This document shows, in pieces, positions 29,510-38,191 of a stretch of 64,000 nucleotides of DNA. Position 1 is the stretch's first letter. Each line of letters begins with the position of its first letter. This stretch comes from an uncultured bacterium (GTDB lineage: Bacteria; Hinthialibacterota; Hinthialibacteria; OLB16). Location of the stretch: NCBI GenBank assembly GCA_964422415.1, contig CAYRBI010000003.1, positions 10,607 through 74,606 of the forward strand. Reading direction: 5' to 3'. Below the pieces are notes generated by a model, which was not told the DNA's origin, did not search any database, and was given only the letters and a program-made list of their open reading frames with translations. The position numbers and the translations under genes were made by a program.

Positions 29510-30193
29510 CTACTGGATTTCAGAGACTCGTCCATTATGGAGATAGAAGGTCCGGTTCGTGTGTTTGGACAGGTCCGGGTTGTGTGTGACCAACACAAAG
29601 GTCAGCTGCCGTTCCGCACGGAGTTTGTCGAGGAGTTGGATGACCCGGTCGGCGGTCTCCTCATCCAGGCTACCGGTAGGTTCATCAGCCAACACCAGGG
29701 GCGGCTCTTTGGCCAGCGCACGTGCGATGGCAACCCGCTGTTGTTCACCCCCTGAGAGTTGCTCCGGGAACTTCCAGGCCTTGTCCATCAGGTCCACCTC
29801 CGCGAGGTACTCCTCGGCCATAGAGCGGGCCTTTCGTTGGGGGATCCCGGCCGCCTCTGGCCCCATCATGACATTCTCCAGGGCGGTCAGTGTTGGCATA
29901 AGGTTGTAGAACTGAAAGATGAAGCCGACTTTTTCACGCCGGAAACGGGTATACCCGGCGTTGTCCTTGAGATCGAGACGTTCCCCACAGACCTCCACAG
30001 TTCCAGCGGTGGGACGGTCAATCGCGCCGAGGATATTCAGGAGCGTGGATTTTCCCGAACCAGAGACACCCCGGATAGCGACCGATTCTCCAGCGGAGAT
30101 GGAAAGATCCACATCCTTGAGCACCTCCACCGAAGTCTCACCAAGGGTATATGTTCTGCGTACATCTTGAAGGGATATAATGAAATCTGACAT
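29510..30193 (-). CDS. ABC transporter ATP-binding protein (MacB/LolD-like)
   Basis: Walker A GVSGSGKSTLLNILG, ABC signature LSGGEQQRVAIARAL, Walker B LVLADEPTGSLD, and an H-loop. Confidence 0.9.
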   Translation of the reverse strand: MSDFIISLQDVRRTYTLGETSVEVLKDVDLSISAGESVAIRGVSGSGKSTLLNILGAIDRPTAGTVEVCGERLDLKDNAGYTRFRREKVGFIFQFYNLMPTLTALENVMMGPEAAGIPQRKARSMAEEYLAEVDLMDKAWKFPEQLSGGEQQRVAIARALAKEPPLVLADEPTGSLDEETADRVIQLLDKLRAERQLTFVLVTHNPDLSKHTNRTFYLHNGRVSEIQ

Positions 30194-30253
30194 AGGAGCG
30201 GTGAGAATGCTAACCCATGCCGCTTCCGGTGACTACACAAGTGGACAAGGACC

Positions 30254-31189
30254 ATGCTGAGAACCGCTGTCATCCAGATCCCCATGAGTTGGAAAACAGG
30301 CGAAGACAGGCTGCGGGGGATTGCGGATCTCCTCGAGGAGGCCGCGCGGGGTGGCGCAAAGACAGCCATCCTGCCAGAGGTTTCATTGACTGGCTATGAC
30401 GTCAGTCACCGTAACTACACCATAGCCGAACCAGTACCCGGACCCTTGACTGACTGGTTGTGTCAGGTAACCAAAAGGTTGGGGATCGTAGTGGTGGCGG
30501 GTATGATCGAGCGGGAAGGGCGAGACCTTTATAATGTTTTCGCGGTAACCGATTCCACCGGCTGGCGTGGTCATTACCGCAAGATCCACATCTCCACTGT
30601 CGAAAACTGTTGCTGGAAACCGGGTTCCACTCCAGGAATCATCGACACCGGGATTGGACGGATTGGGTTGGGGATCTGCGCCGACATGGTCTACCGGGCC
30701 CCCTGGGAATTTTATCGCAACGGGGCGGTGGATCTGGTGGCCATTTGCGCAGCCTGGCCGGATTTCCGGAAACTGCGGGGATTGCCAGTCAGCCAGCGGT
30801 TCAGACAGCTCCACGCTGGTTATACCCGGGATCTGCCGGAGAAGATCTCACGTGTCCTGGGGGTGCCGGTTTTGTTCTCGAACTACTGTGGCGAGGGGCT
30901 TGTCTCACGTCCGGTCCTCGGTGGCACATTGGAGTGCTCCTTCTCCGGTGGTTCACGGATCATCACGGGGGGCCGCACAATCAGCGGGGGCGACGAGGAA
31001 AACCCCGGCATTTTCTACGCTGACATTGAACCCGGCGCGGGAAAGGTGGATCCCCATGAGTGGGATGGCCCCTGGCTACCCCATGCGAGTTTTCTCACCC
31101 GCTGCCAGTTCTATGGAGGCGAGGAACTCTCCCGCCTTGGACTCATGGGCGTCTACCGGTACCGGCGGTGGAGGTATACGCGGGGATAG
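30254..31189 (+). CDS. carbon-nitrogen hydrolase family protein (nitrilase/amidase superfamily)
   Basis: CN-hydrolase fold blocks: N-terminal VIQIPMSW...AILPE (Glu), RKIHI (Lys), and ICADMVY (Cys nucleophile in a GLGICAD context). Confidence 0.75.
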   Translation: MLRTAVIQIPMSWKTGEDRLRGIADLLEEAARGGAKTAILPEVSLTGYDVSHRNYTIAEPVPGPLTDWLCQVTKRLGIVVVAGMIEREGRDLYNVFAVTDSTGWRGHYRKIHISTVENCCWKPGSTPGIIDTGIGRIGLGICADMVYRAPWEFYRNGAVDLVAICAAWPDFRKLRGLPVSQRFRQLHAGYTRDLPEKISRVLGVPVLFSNYCGEGLVSRPVLGGTLECSFSGGSRIITGGRTISGGDEENPGIFYADIEPGAGKVDPHEWDGPWLPHASFLTRCQFYGGEELSRLGLMGVYRYRRWRYTRG

Positions 31190-31240
31190 GAGTTTTACCT
31201 TTGGTATGGGTATGGAGTTCAACCTTCAGGTTGCTCCAGG

Positions 31241-31257
31241 CACGCTAAAGCGTGAAC
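31241..31257. repeat. copy of the dispersed palindromic motif CACGC-TAAA-GCGTG-AAC
   Basis: cacgctaaagcgtgaac lies 52 bp after the CN-hydrolase stop. The same motif occurs at 40802, 52607 and 52636. Confidence 0.6.
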
Positions 31258-31287
31258 TCCGAACCGCTCAGCACAACCCCTAATCCA

Positions 31288-31692
31288 TTAGTTCGCCCCA
31301 TGCCCATGGCATCCGCAGGTGGTCATTACTGCTTCCTCTAATTGTCCTCCTGCTACCAGAAGCGCGGCGGCTTGAGCATCATCTTCCTTTGTGAGGTACA
31401 CAGCGATCCCTTTGGAGCGAAGATCCACGAGGAGCCGTGGTCCAAGGCCACCCACCACGACTGCATCACAATCTGTGAGAGCTTCGAGCAAGGAACTATG
31501 GGTATGAGAATGGTGCGTGGAGTGCGCTCCGCTGCCATCACACAAACCCTGGGCATGGGCGGTCATGGTATTCTGGCGGAACGTCTCCTGCTCCACTCCC
31601 TCTCCCGACCCGCTGAAGATCACAAAACCACTGCACCGCCCCATATGCTGCGAGACGGACTGACCATCATCCGAAGGAACCGCTATACGCAT
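31288..31692 (-). CDS. dinitrogenase FeMo-cofactor-binding domain (NifX/NifB/NafY-like) protein with His-rich insert and Cys/His C-terminus
   Basis: MRIAVPSDDGQSVSQHMGRCSGFVIF matches the start of the Nitro_FeMo-Co domain, and DAVVVGGLGPRLLVDLRSKGIAVY matches its end. The insert HSTHHSHTHSS and the CGCHGHGAN tail are present. The start is trimmed to MRIAVPS. Confidence 0.6.
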   Translation of the reverse strand: MRIAVPSDDGQSVSQHMGRCSGFVIFSGSGEGVEQETFRQNTMTAHAQGLCDGSGAHSTHHSHTHSSLLEALTDCDAVVVGGLGPRLLVDLRSKGIAVYLTKEDDAQAAALLVAGGQLEEAVMTTCGCHGHGAN

Positions 31693-31717
31693 TGTGAACA
31701 TACACCTCCAATGAATT

Positions 31718-32257
31718 TCATCCGGTGATTTCTTCGCCCGGTTCTTTTTCTATATCCACTGCAAGGAACCCTGAGGAGTTCTCAGCTCTTTTCCGCCTTC
31801 CTCGCCGACAGCATCCAGGAGCACCGGAGTACACCATTTCCTCTCCCTGGCATCTCACGCGATGGACACGGTCATATGAACAAAGGGGACATGTTTCTGG
31901 ACCTCCCACACCGAGGGGGACCTCAAAGGTCTGATGGCACCCCTCACATTCGTAGATCCTCACCAGATCCTCCCGGATGTGGCCACCCCGGAAGATAATC
32001 GTCTTCCCATGGATGAGTGCATCCGCGACCTTCCGGTGGGCAGAGGCGAGGACTCTTCCAAAGGTGGCGCGTGAAATCTCCATCCGCTCCGCCGCCGCCT
32101 CATGGTAAAGCCCCTCCAGGTCGGCCAATCGGAGCGCCTCGAGCTCATCCCATCCAAGGACTTGCTCCTCCAGCATCCAGACCGGGACACCACGCGGTTT
32201 ATAGACCGTGGCGGCCGGATCCGCATGGACACACCGCCCCTTGACTGGTCGCGCCAT
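31718..32257 (-). CDS. DUF134 (UPF0251) predicted DNA-binding protein with C-terminal Cys-rich zinc-ribbon-like extension
   Basis: MARPVKGRCV...KPRGVP...LGWDELEALRLADLEGLYHEAAAERMEISRATFGRVLASAHRKVADAL is the canonical DUF134 sequence. It is followed by CEGCHQTF...CPLC...C. Confidence 0.6.
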   Translation of the reverse strand: MARPVKGRCVHADPAATVYKPRGVPVWMLEEQVLGWDELEALRLADLEGLYHEAAAERMEISRATFGRVLASAHRKVADALIHGKTIIFRGGHIREDLVRIYECEGCHQTFEVPLGVGGPETCPLCSYDRVHRVRCQGEEMVYSGAPGCCRRGRRKRAENSSGFLAVDIEKEPGEEITG

Positions 32258-32374
32258 TCCCTTTTCCCTTGGCTCAGTATTATGAGTATATACTCATAAC
32301 AGACTGACTGTCCAGAAACCACCCCTTTCAAACAGGAAAAAGAGAGAAAGAAGACTTACTAAGAGGAGCCGATT

Positions 32375-35300
32375 TCAGGAGATTGACGAAATAGGAGAGC
32401 CGGGCGGTGTGGTAAACAAATCCGCCTGGCGCTCGATAACCACAACGGCTCTTATCCCACGCAGGCTCTTGAGCCGGTCTAGAAGAACTGTGGAGGGGAC
32501 TACCCGTGGCGACCCAAGCCGCGAGATCAGACGCCGCACCCCTGACCGCTTGATGATCCCCGCGCCGTTCTCAAAAACAAGAGGAATTCCTCGTTCTCCA
32601 CCGGAAAACCATCGTAAAAAGAGAGAGAGTTGTTCGAGTACCTCGGCGGTGGAGTCCTCCAAGACCACCTTAATTTGACTCCAAGACTCACTGGCATTCC
32701 CTAACAGCGCGGGTGTTTCGCATTCCCGCAACAGATACTGGGGGAGGCCCTGCCCGGTGTAGGGGCGCGAACGGACTTCACAGAAGAGCGGCCAAGGCTC
32801 TTTGAGGTGCATCCGGTAGCCATCCAGCCGCGCGGCCTCTGGGATTGGATGAGGGAGAAGGCTGAGCACCTTGCCGGATTCATCCACCACCCGGTAGACA
32901 GTCTCTTGGTTGAAAAGAAGGAAGGTCACCCAAGGTGATTGGGACACACCACCCGGTTGCGGTTCTCCCGCGGTAGCGAACACATCCACCTCATGGACCC
33001 AGCCCATTTGAAGCCAATCCGGCTGCCTGGCAAGACCCCCCTCAGCAAACCATTCCTGGGGAAACCATTCCCGGAAAGGCTCAAGTGGATTCTGGATGAT
33101 TCCCAGGCGCAACAGGCTGAGTTCGAGGTGTTCCTCGTGATGCAGGCTTAAACTATCCGGACCAACAATGGCGGCCGTTGTTGAATGGGCTTGCCCGGGG
33201 CGGACAGGGAAGAGGGTTTGCTGCGCGGCCCCACCGCCCTGAGCACGCAAGGAGAGGTGCCGGGCGCGGGCCTCGGTAAGGAGTGCTCCGGTGTTATGGC
33301 CGAAAGGCTCGAAAACACCCAGACGGATCAGTTGTGAAAGGAGGTTCCAACTCAGCCGGTGTTCAGGCCAGGACTTGAGCCATTCCTCCCACGAGAGATC
33401 CGGTACCGTTGGGGGCGGCTGGAATAGATCCCGTAAACCACCCCCCTGCAAAGAGCTGGGATAGGATGCCTCCAGGTCCATGGAAATCTGCGGTCCCACC
33501 CCAAGGATATTCTGTGTCCCCAAACGAAGCTGCCCTGTAGATGGTGAGAAATCATAACGCCCACCCGGAACCGCGCGAGGCGGGTCGAGCCGCGTGCCGC
33601 GCGCTCTCAGCAGGCTGTAGAGTTCACGGCGATCCTCGGTTTCACCGGGATAGAGGTAAGACAGGATCGCAGTCATTGCCGCGGGATCCCGCGCAAAGGC
33701 ATCGGCCATGGCCAGCAGCTGCTCAGCCTTCCTTAAAAACTCAGGACGGGATGGAAGGGGGTTGGGATTACCCAGGAACTGGACCACCGTTTCCCTTGTG
33801 TTCCGGTCCCACACATGTTGATCCCGGCTGGAGACCGGGTCCGGTTGCGGCCCCCCCTCTTCCAGGGAGAGCCACAGATCCATCTCCTCCGCTGTCAGGC
33901 GAAGAGCAGCGGTTCCCACCTGGTGGATCTGCTCCCGGTAGAGGAGCCAACCTCCCGTTCCTTGAGTGAACCGTTCCAAAGCTGCGCCAACATCCCCACG
34001 GATCCTGGCATCGAGGCCACTCTCATCAGCGGATCTGGTCCAATCCTCCCACCAGGGAGGCACTCCTCCTTCGGAGCGGAGAGGGTGTTCTCTTTGGACT
34101 GCGATCAGACGCAGATTCTCCCGCTGGGTCCAGAAGGACCAATGCCAGGCTAAAGCGAGCAGGTCCGCCAGCTCACCAATGAATGTGGGCATGGCCGCAC
34201 AGATCCACCTCCAGAGGAGCGGACGGTAACCAGTGGAACCGGGAATGGTCAACAGGCGCAGGAGCGATGCTGAAAGGCCGAGAACCTCGATCTTGCCAGT
34301 GTCATCCGCATACCCCTGATCCCGGAAGACCTCGCCGCGATGCTTCTCGATCCAGGTGGTAATCGATTCACGGGATTCTTCGCGGCGGGGCAGGACCGGG
34401 ACAGTGTCCCGGTAAAACGGCGCGCAGGAGAGGGTCTGAGTATTCGATGCCAAGAGCCGCAGAACCAAGGTTCCCACGGTCAGGGCATCGATGGGGTCTG
34501 TGTCCAATTCTGGATACCCGGTTTTCGCGGGCGCGAACACCTGTTCGAGGTTGACCGCAGAGACAATCAGCGAGGCCGGAGCATCACTGGAGGTGGAGCC
34601 TCCCCCTTGATCCAGGAAAGATGGGAGTGGAGGAAGCTTATCCGGGGGATCACCGGGAAATTCCAGATCCTCCCAGTGGGCAAGCAAACGGTAGCCAGCA
34701 TGGACAAGATCCTCATGGTCATCTGGGGCGGGAGCCGCGAAGCCACATCTTCCTTTCCCCAACAGAGCATTGAGAGACGCGAGTACCTCCTGCTCCCATT
34801 GGTGAGGGCAATCCACCTCGACTGGAGCATGAAGAGAGTCTTGAACTCCAGGATGGAAGGAGATGCCTTCATGGTAGGGATCGACACGGGTCAGGCCGAG
34901 GAGATGCGCGAAGAGCGAGGAGGTGGTCCATTCAGCTGTAGGCCGGAGTGTCCCCGGTGGCAGCCCCAGCCGCTTACGAACATCCCACAGGAGAAGCCAC
35001 ACAGTGGGCCAGCGGGTCTGTTTGAGGTATTGGAATTCTTCGACCAGCCGCTCCTTGACCCCTTCCCGGCGGATATGACCGGTGGCGATGGCGGTTTCCT
35101 GACCTAGGGTCCAAAAGAAGGAGGCGGCATCGGTACCCCGTGGAACCGGGTAGACCGGGAAGGTCAAACCACTGTGTTGATAGGGATCGAAGGGTTTGGC
35201 GGTCAGCTTCTCGACACCACGGAAGGCAGGAGTAAGCCCTTGCAGGAGCCTTACCACCCGCTCCGCATGGGGAATACGCCCTGGCAGATCTCTTGAACTG

Positions 35301-36163
35301 GTGACATTTCCCTGCCCCGTAAGCCGTGCGGCACATCCCCAGAAACGGTCATGCTGTGTCCGGTAGGCGGCTTGTACACACGCGAGCGGCGGAATTGGAA
35401 GAGGCGACCGGGAGGGAGAGGTTGTGGCGGTTTCTATAATCCCACCCGTTCGTGAATCAAAACAACAGAGACCTACTTGATCATGTGGCCACTGTTCCAG
35501 AAATGTGGACATCCAAGCAAAGCGTTCTCTGTCTGCACGGTTGGTAGGAATCCGTTGAAGAGCTGATCCAGCCAATCCCGCCACCAGGAAAACTCCCTCA
35601 CAGAAATTCAAAAGAACCTCGGGATGAACACCCTTTTCCGCCGATAGATCCCAGGCTTGTTTGATCTTGAGCAGATTCCGGAAGCCGGCATGGTTGACCG
35701 CAAGCAGGGCGGCCCGCTCACAAGCACAAGCTGGAGTACCATTAGCAATCCGTTGAATAACTCTTTGTTCTTTTGGCACCATGGATTCCCGCCTTCGCGG
35801 GAATGACGATTTCCGAAGAATTTCGCTTATTCTGTCATTCCCGCGAAGGCGGGAATCCATGGTCACGTTCTCTTTCAACAGGCTGTTGGGGGACAGTAAG
35901 AGATCGAAGACATCGGGACTCCGGATCTCTGCTAGGCCTGAAGGGGGTGTAATGAGAACTGTCATCCCGGCCAGACCCAGCATGTGGTTTCTGGCGCAGG
36001 CCTCCAGGAAGCTTGGTCCTCCCTGGAGGGTACCCGTGTCCACCAACGCGGCTACACGGTAGCCCACCTCGGCGGCCGCCTGGACCAGCAGGTTGGGTGG
36101 CACAATCCCCCCCATACGGTCATGGGAGGACTGTAACAGGATAAGGGGCCCATGGTTTGGCAT
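32375..36163 (-). CDS. DNA polymerase III alpha (DnaE)-like protein with degenerate PHP and palm catalytic motifs (putative pseudo-polymerase)
   Basis: PHP-like N-terminus: [46 protein letters not shown] against the DnaE sequence [54 protein letters not shown] aligns with LLATNNTGYQNL. The palm block is [24 protein letters not shown] against [22 protein letters not shown]. The PDFDxDF site reads HAPVEVDCP, and FDFLGL reads IEVLGL. There are no stops across 3.8 kb. The start is set at the internal ATG at 36163, which has AAGGA 10 nt upstream. Confidence 0.55.
   Translation of the reverse strand: [1262 protein letters not shown]
35778..35863. mobile_element. 86-bp MITE-like palindromic element inserted in-frame in the DnaE-like ORF
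   Basis: accatggattcccgccttcgcgggaatgacgatttcc ... gtcattcccgcgaaggcgggaatccatggt. The 30-bp inverted arms are near-identical to the copy at 62052-62137. It translates (minus strand) to ...[28 protein letters not shown]... inside the PHP-like region. Confidence 0.75.
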
Positions 36164-36317
36164 ACACGGGAATCCTTGGGAAAAGGGAGCAAAATGACAA
36201 GACACCCCCATTCCCATATACTGCTCGAGCCGGTATAGTCACTTTCAACACCGGGCCCATGAGGATGCAGGATTTCCCCATGCGGCTCAAGACAGGCCGA
36301 TTTCCCCGGAGTAAAAA

Positions 36318-37307
36318 ATGGCAACCAAACGTACCAAAGACCAGAAAGGCACCTGGGTCACCTACCGTCCCGATATCAAGGTAATGGACTGCACGGTCCG
36401 GGATGGTGGCCTGATTAACAACCACAACTTCGAGGACTCTTTTGTCCGCGCGGTCTACCAAACATGTGTCGCCGCGGGTATCGACTACATGGAAATCGGC
36501 TACAAAGGAGCCCAGCGCCTCTACTCCCCCACCGAGCATGGCAAGTGGAAGCATTGCAGCGAAGACGACCTGCGCCGCATCATGGATGACAATCCGGCCA
36601 ATCTGAAAATTTCAGCCATGGCCGACGCGGACCGGTGTGATTACCACGTGGATATTCTCCCCAAAAAGGAGAGCGTCCTCGATATGATCCGCGTGGCCTG
36701 CTACATCAATCAGATCCCCACCGCGATCGACATGGTCAAAGATGCCACCGATAAGGGGTATGAAACCACAGTCAACATCATGGCGGTCTCGACAGTCCAT
36801 GAAAAAGACCTGCTGGAAGCCCTCGAGGTCCTGGCCGAAACCCCCGTCGGCTCGGTGTACATTGTGGACAGCAACGGCGCCCTTTATTCAGAGGAAATCC
36901 AGGATCTCACACGTCAATTCCGCCGGGCCTTGAATGGGACGGATAAACTAGTGGGGATCCACGCCCACAACAATCAACAATTAGCCTACGCCAACACCAT
37001 CGAGGCCATTGTTTGTGGGGCGAGTATGCTCGATGCAACCATCAACGGTATGGGACGTGGCGCGGGGAACTGTCCGCTCGAACTGCTCATCGGATTCCTG
37101 CACAATCCGAAATTTAAGCTGCGTCCCATCTTGGAGTGCATTCAAAACGTATTTCTTCCCATGCGGGACAAGATGGAGTGGGGGTATCAGCTGGCCTATA
37201 TGGTCACTGGCCAGCTCAACCAACACCCACGCTATGCCATTAAGGTACGTGAGAGTTCAACCCCGGATGATATTGTCGGTTTTTACGACCAAATGACAAA
37301 CGATTAA
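36318..37307 (+). CDS. HMGL-like (pyruvate carboxyltransferase domain) aldolase, 4-hydroxy-2-oxovalerate aldolase-like
   Basis: DCTVRDGGL resembles the DCTLRDGxQ metal-site motif. The C-terminal GIHAHNNQQLAYANTIEAIVCGASMLDATINGMGRGAGNCPLE matches the HMGL-like signature. Confidence 0.7.
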   Translation: MATKRTKDQKGTWVTYRPDIKVMDCTVRDGGLINNHNFEDSFVRAVYQTCVAAGIDYMEIGYKGAQRLYSPTEHGKWKHCSEDDLRRIMDDNPANLKISAMADADRCDYHVDILPKKESVLDMIRVACYINQIPTAIDMVKDATDKGYETTVNIMAVSTVHEKDLLEALEVLAETPVGSVYIVDSNGALYSEEIQDLTRQFRRALNGTDKLVGIHAHNNQQLAYANTIEAIVCGASMLDATINGMGRGAGNCPLELLIGFLHNPKFKLRPILECIQNVFLPMRDKMEWGYQLAYMVTGQLNQHPRYAIKVRESSTPDDIVGFYDQMTND

Positions 37308-37324
37308 TTACTGGAGGATCCCTG

Positions 37325-38050
37325 GTGCTGATGAGAAATCTTAGTCTGGCTATGCTTGTTTCACTCTCCGCCGTGTCTTTCGCGCAAGGCGAGGGGGAAA
37401 AGGCCAAACCCATCCAGCAGGCTTGCACCTTTGAGAAAGAGGTGAAGGTGACCCTGCATTACCTGCTCTACCTGCCAGAAGATTATGACAAGGATCCGAA
37501 CAAGAAGTGGCCCATGATTTTGTTCCTGCATGGAGCGGGCGAGCGTGGAAATGATCTGGAAAAGGTCAAGAAGCATGGCCCACCGAAGATGATCGCCGAG
37601 GGGTCGAAATTTCCCTTCATCGTGGTTTCTCCGCAGTGTCCCGATGACCGGTGGTGGGATACCGATAGCCTCTTCCTTCTACTAGATGAGATCCAAGACA
37701 AGTACCGGGTCGACAAGAACCGGACCTATCTGACAGGGATAAGCATGGGCGGTTTCGGAAGTTGGGACATGGCCAGCAAACAGCCTGAGCGTTTCGCTGC
37801 AATCGCTCCCATCTGTGGCGGTGGTAATCCCTTCTTCGGACCGCGTTTGAAAACTGTGCCGATCTGGGTTTTTCATGGTGGCAAGGACAGTGTGGTCCCC
37901 TTGCAGAAATCACAGGAGATGGTGGATGCGGTCAAGAACGCCGGTGGCGATGTGAAGTTCACGGTCTACCCAGACGCCGATCATGACTCCTGGACTGAGA
38001 CCTACAACAACCCAGATCTTTACGAGTGGTTTTTGAAACACTCGCGGTGA
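37325..38050 (+). CDS. secreted alpha/beta-hydrolase (esterase / phospholipase-carboxylesterase family)
   Basis: Signal peptide MLMRNLSLAMLVSLSAVSFAQG. The nucleophile elbow is GISMGGFGS. LFLHGAGERG and a late HGGKDSVVP...DHDSW suggest a catalytic triad. Confidence 0.7.
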   Translation: MLMRNLSLAMLVSLSAVSFAQGEGEKAKPIQQACTFEKEVKVTLHYLLYLPEDYDKDPNKKWPMILFLHGAGERGNDLEKVKKHGPPKMIAEGSKFPFIVVSPQCPDDRWWDTDSLFLLLDEIQDKYRVDKNRTYLTGISMGGFGSWDMASKQPERFAAIAPICGGGNPFFGPRLKTVPIWVFHGGKDSVVPLQKSQEMVDAVKNAGGDVKFTVYPDADHDSWTETYNNPDLYEWFLKHSR

Positions 38051-38093
38051 TTTTTTTAAATAACCTCGCACTCTTGCTGGGTGCGAAGTCCTT

Positions 38094-38148
38094 CTCCCCC
38101 CCACCCCAACCCTCCCCCGCCAGGGGGGAGGGTTGGGGTGGGGGGGAG
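38094..38148. repeat. long C-rich/G-rich perfect hairpin (REP-like; possible terminator)
   Basis: ctcccccccaccccaaccctccccc-gcca-ggggggagggttggggtgggggggag, about 44 bp after the esterase stop and 44 bp before the MBOAT start. Related hairpins occur at 40764-40863. Confidence 0.7.
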
Positions 38149-38191
38149 GTTTACAGGATTTAAATAAGAGACCAATCCCCCTTCCTCCTCC

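Noticed and set aside
35781-36062. 93-aa ORF [27 protein letters not shown]...
   Set aside because: It is a translation of the MITE on the opposite strand of the DnaE-like gene. The same peptide theme appears at every MITE copy.
32375-36217. Reading the DnaE-like ORF as a decaying pseudogene
   Set aside because: An uninterrupted 3.8-kb frame with conserved structural blocks throughout is unlikely for a decaying gene. It is kept as an alternative pending a dN/dS analysis.
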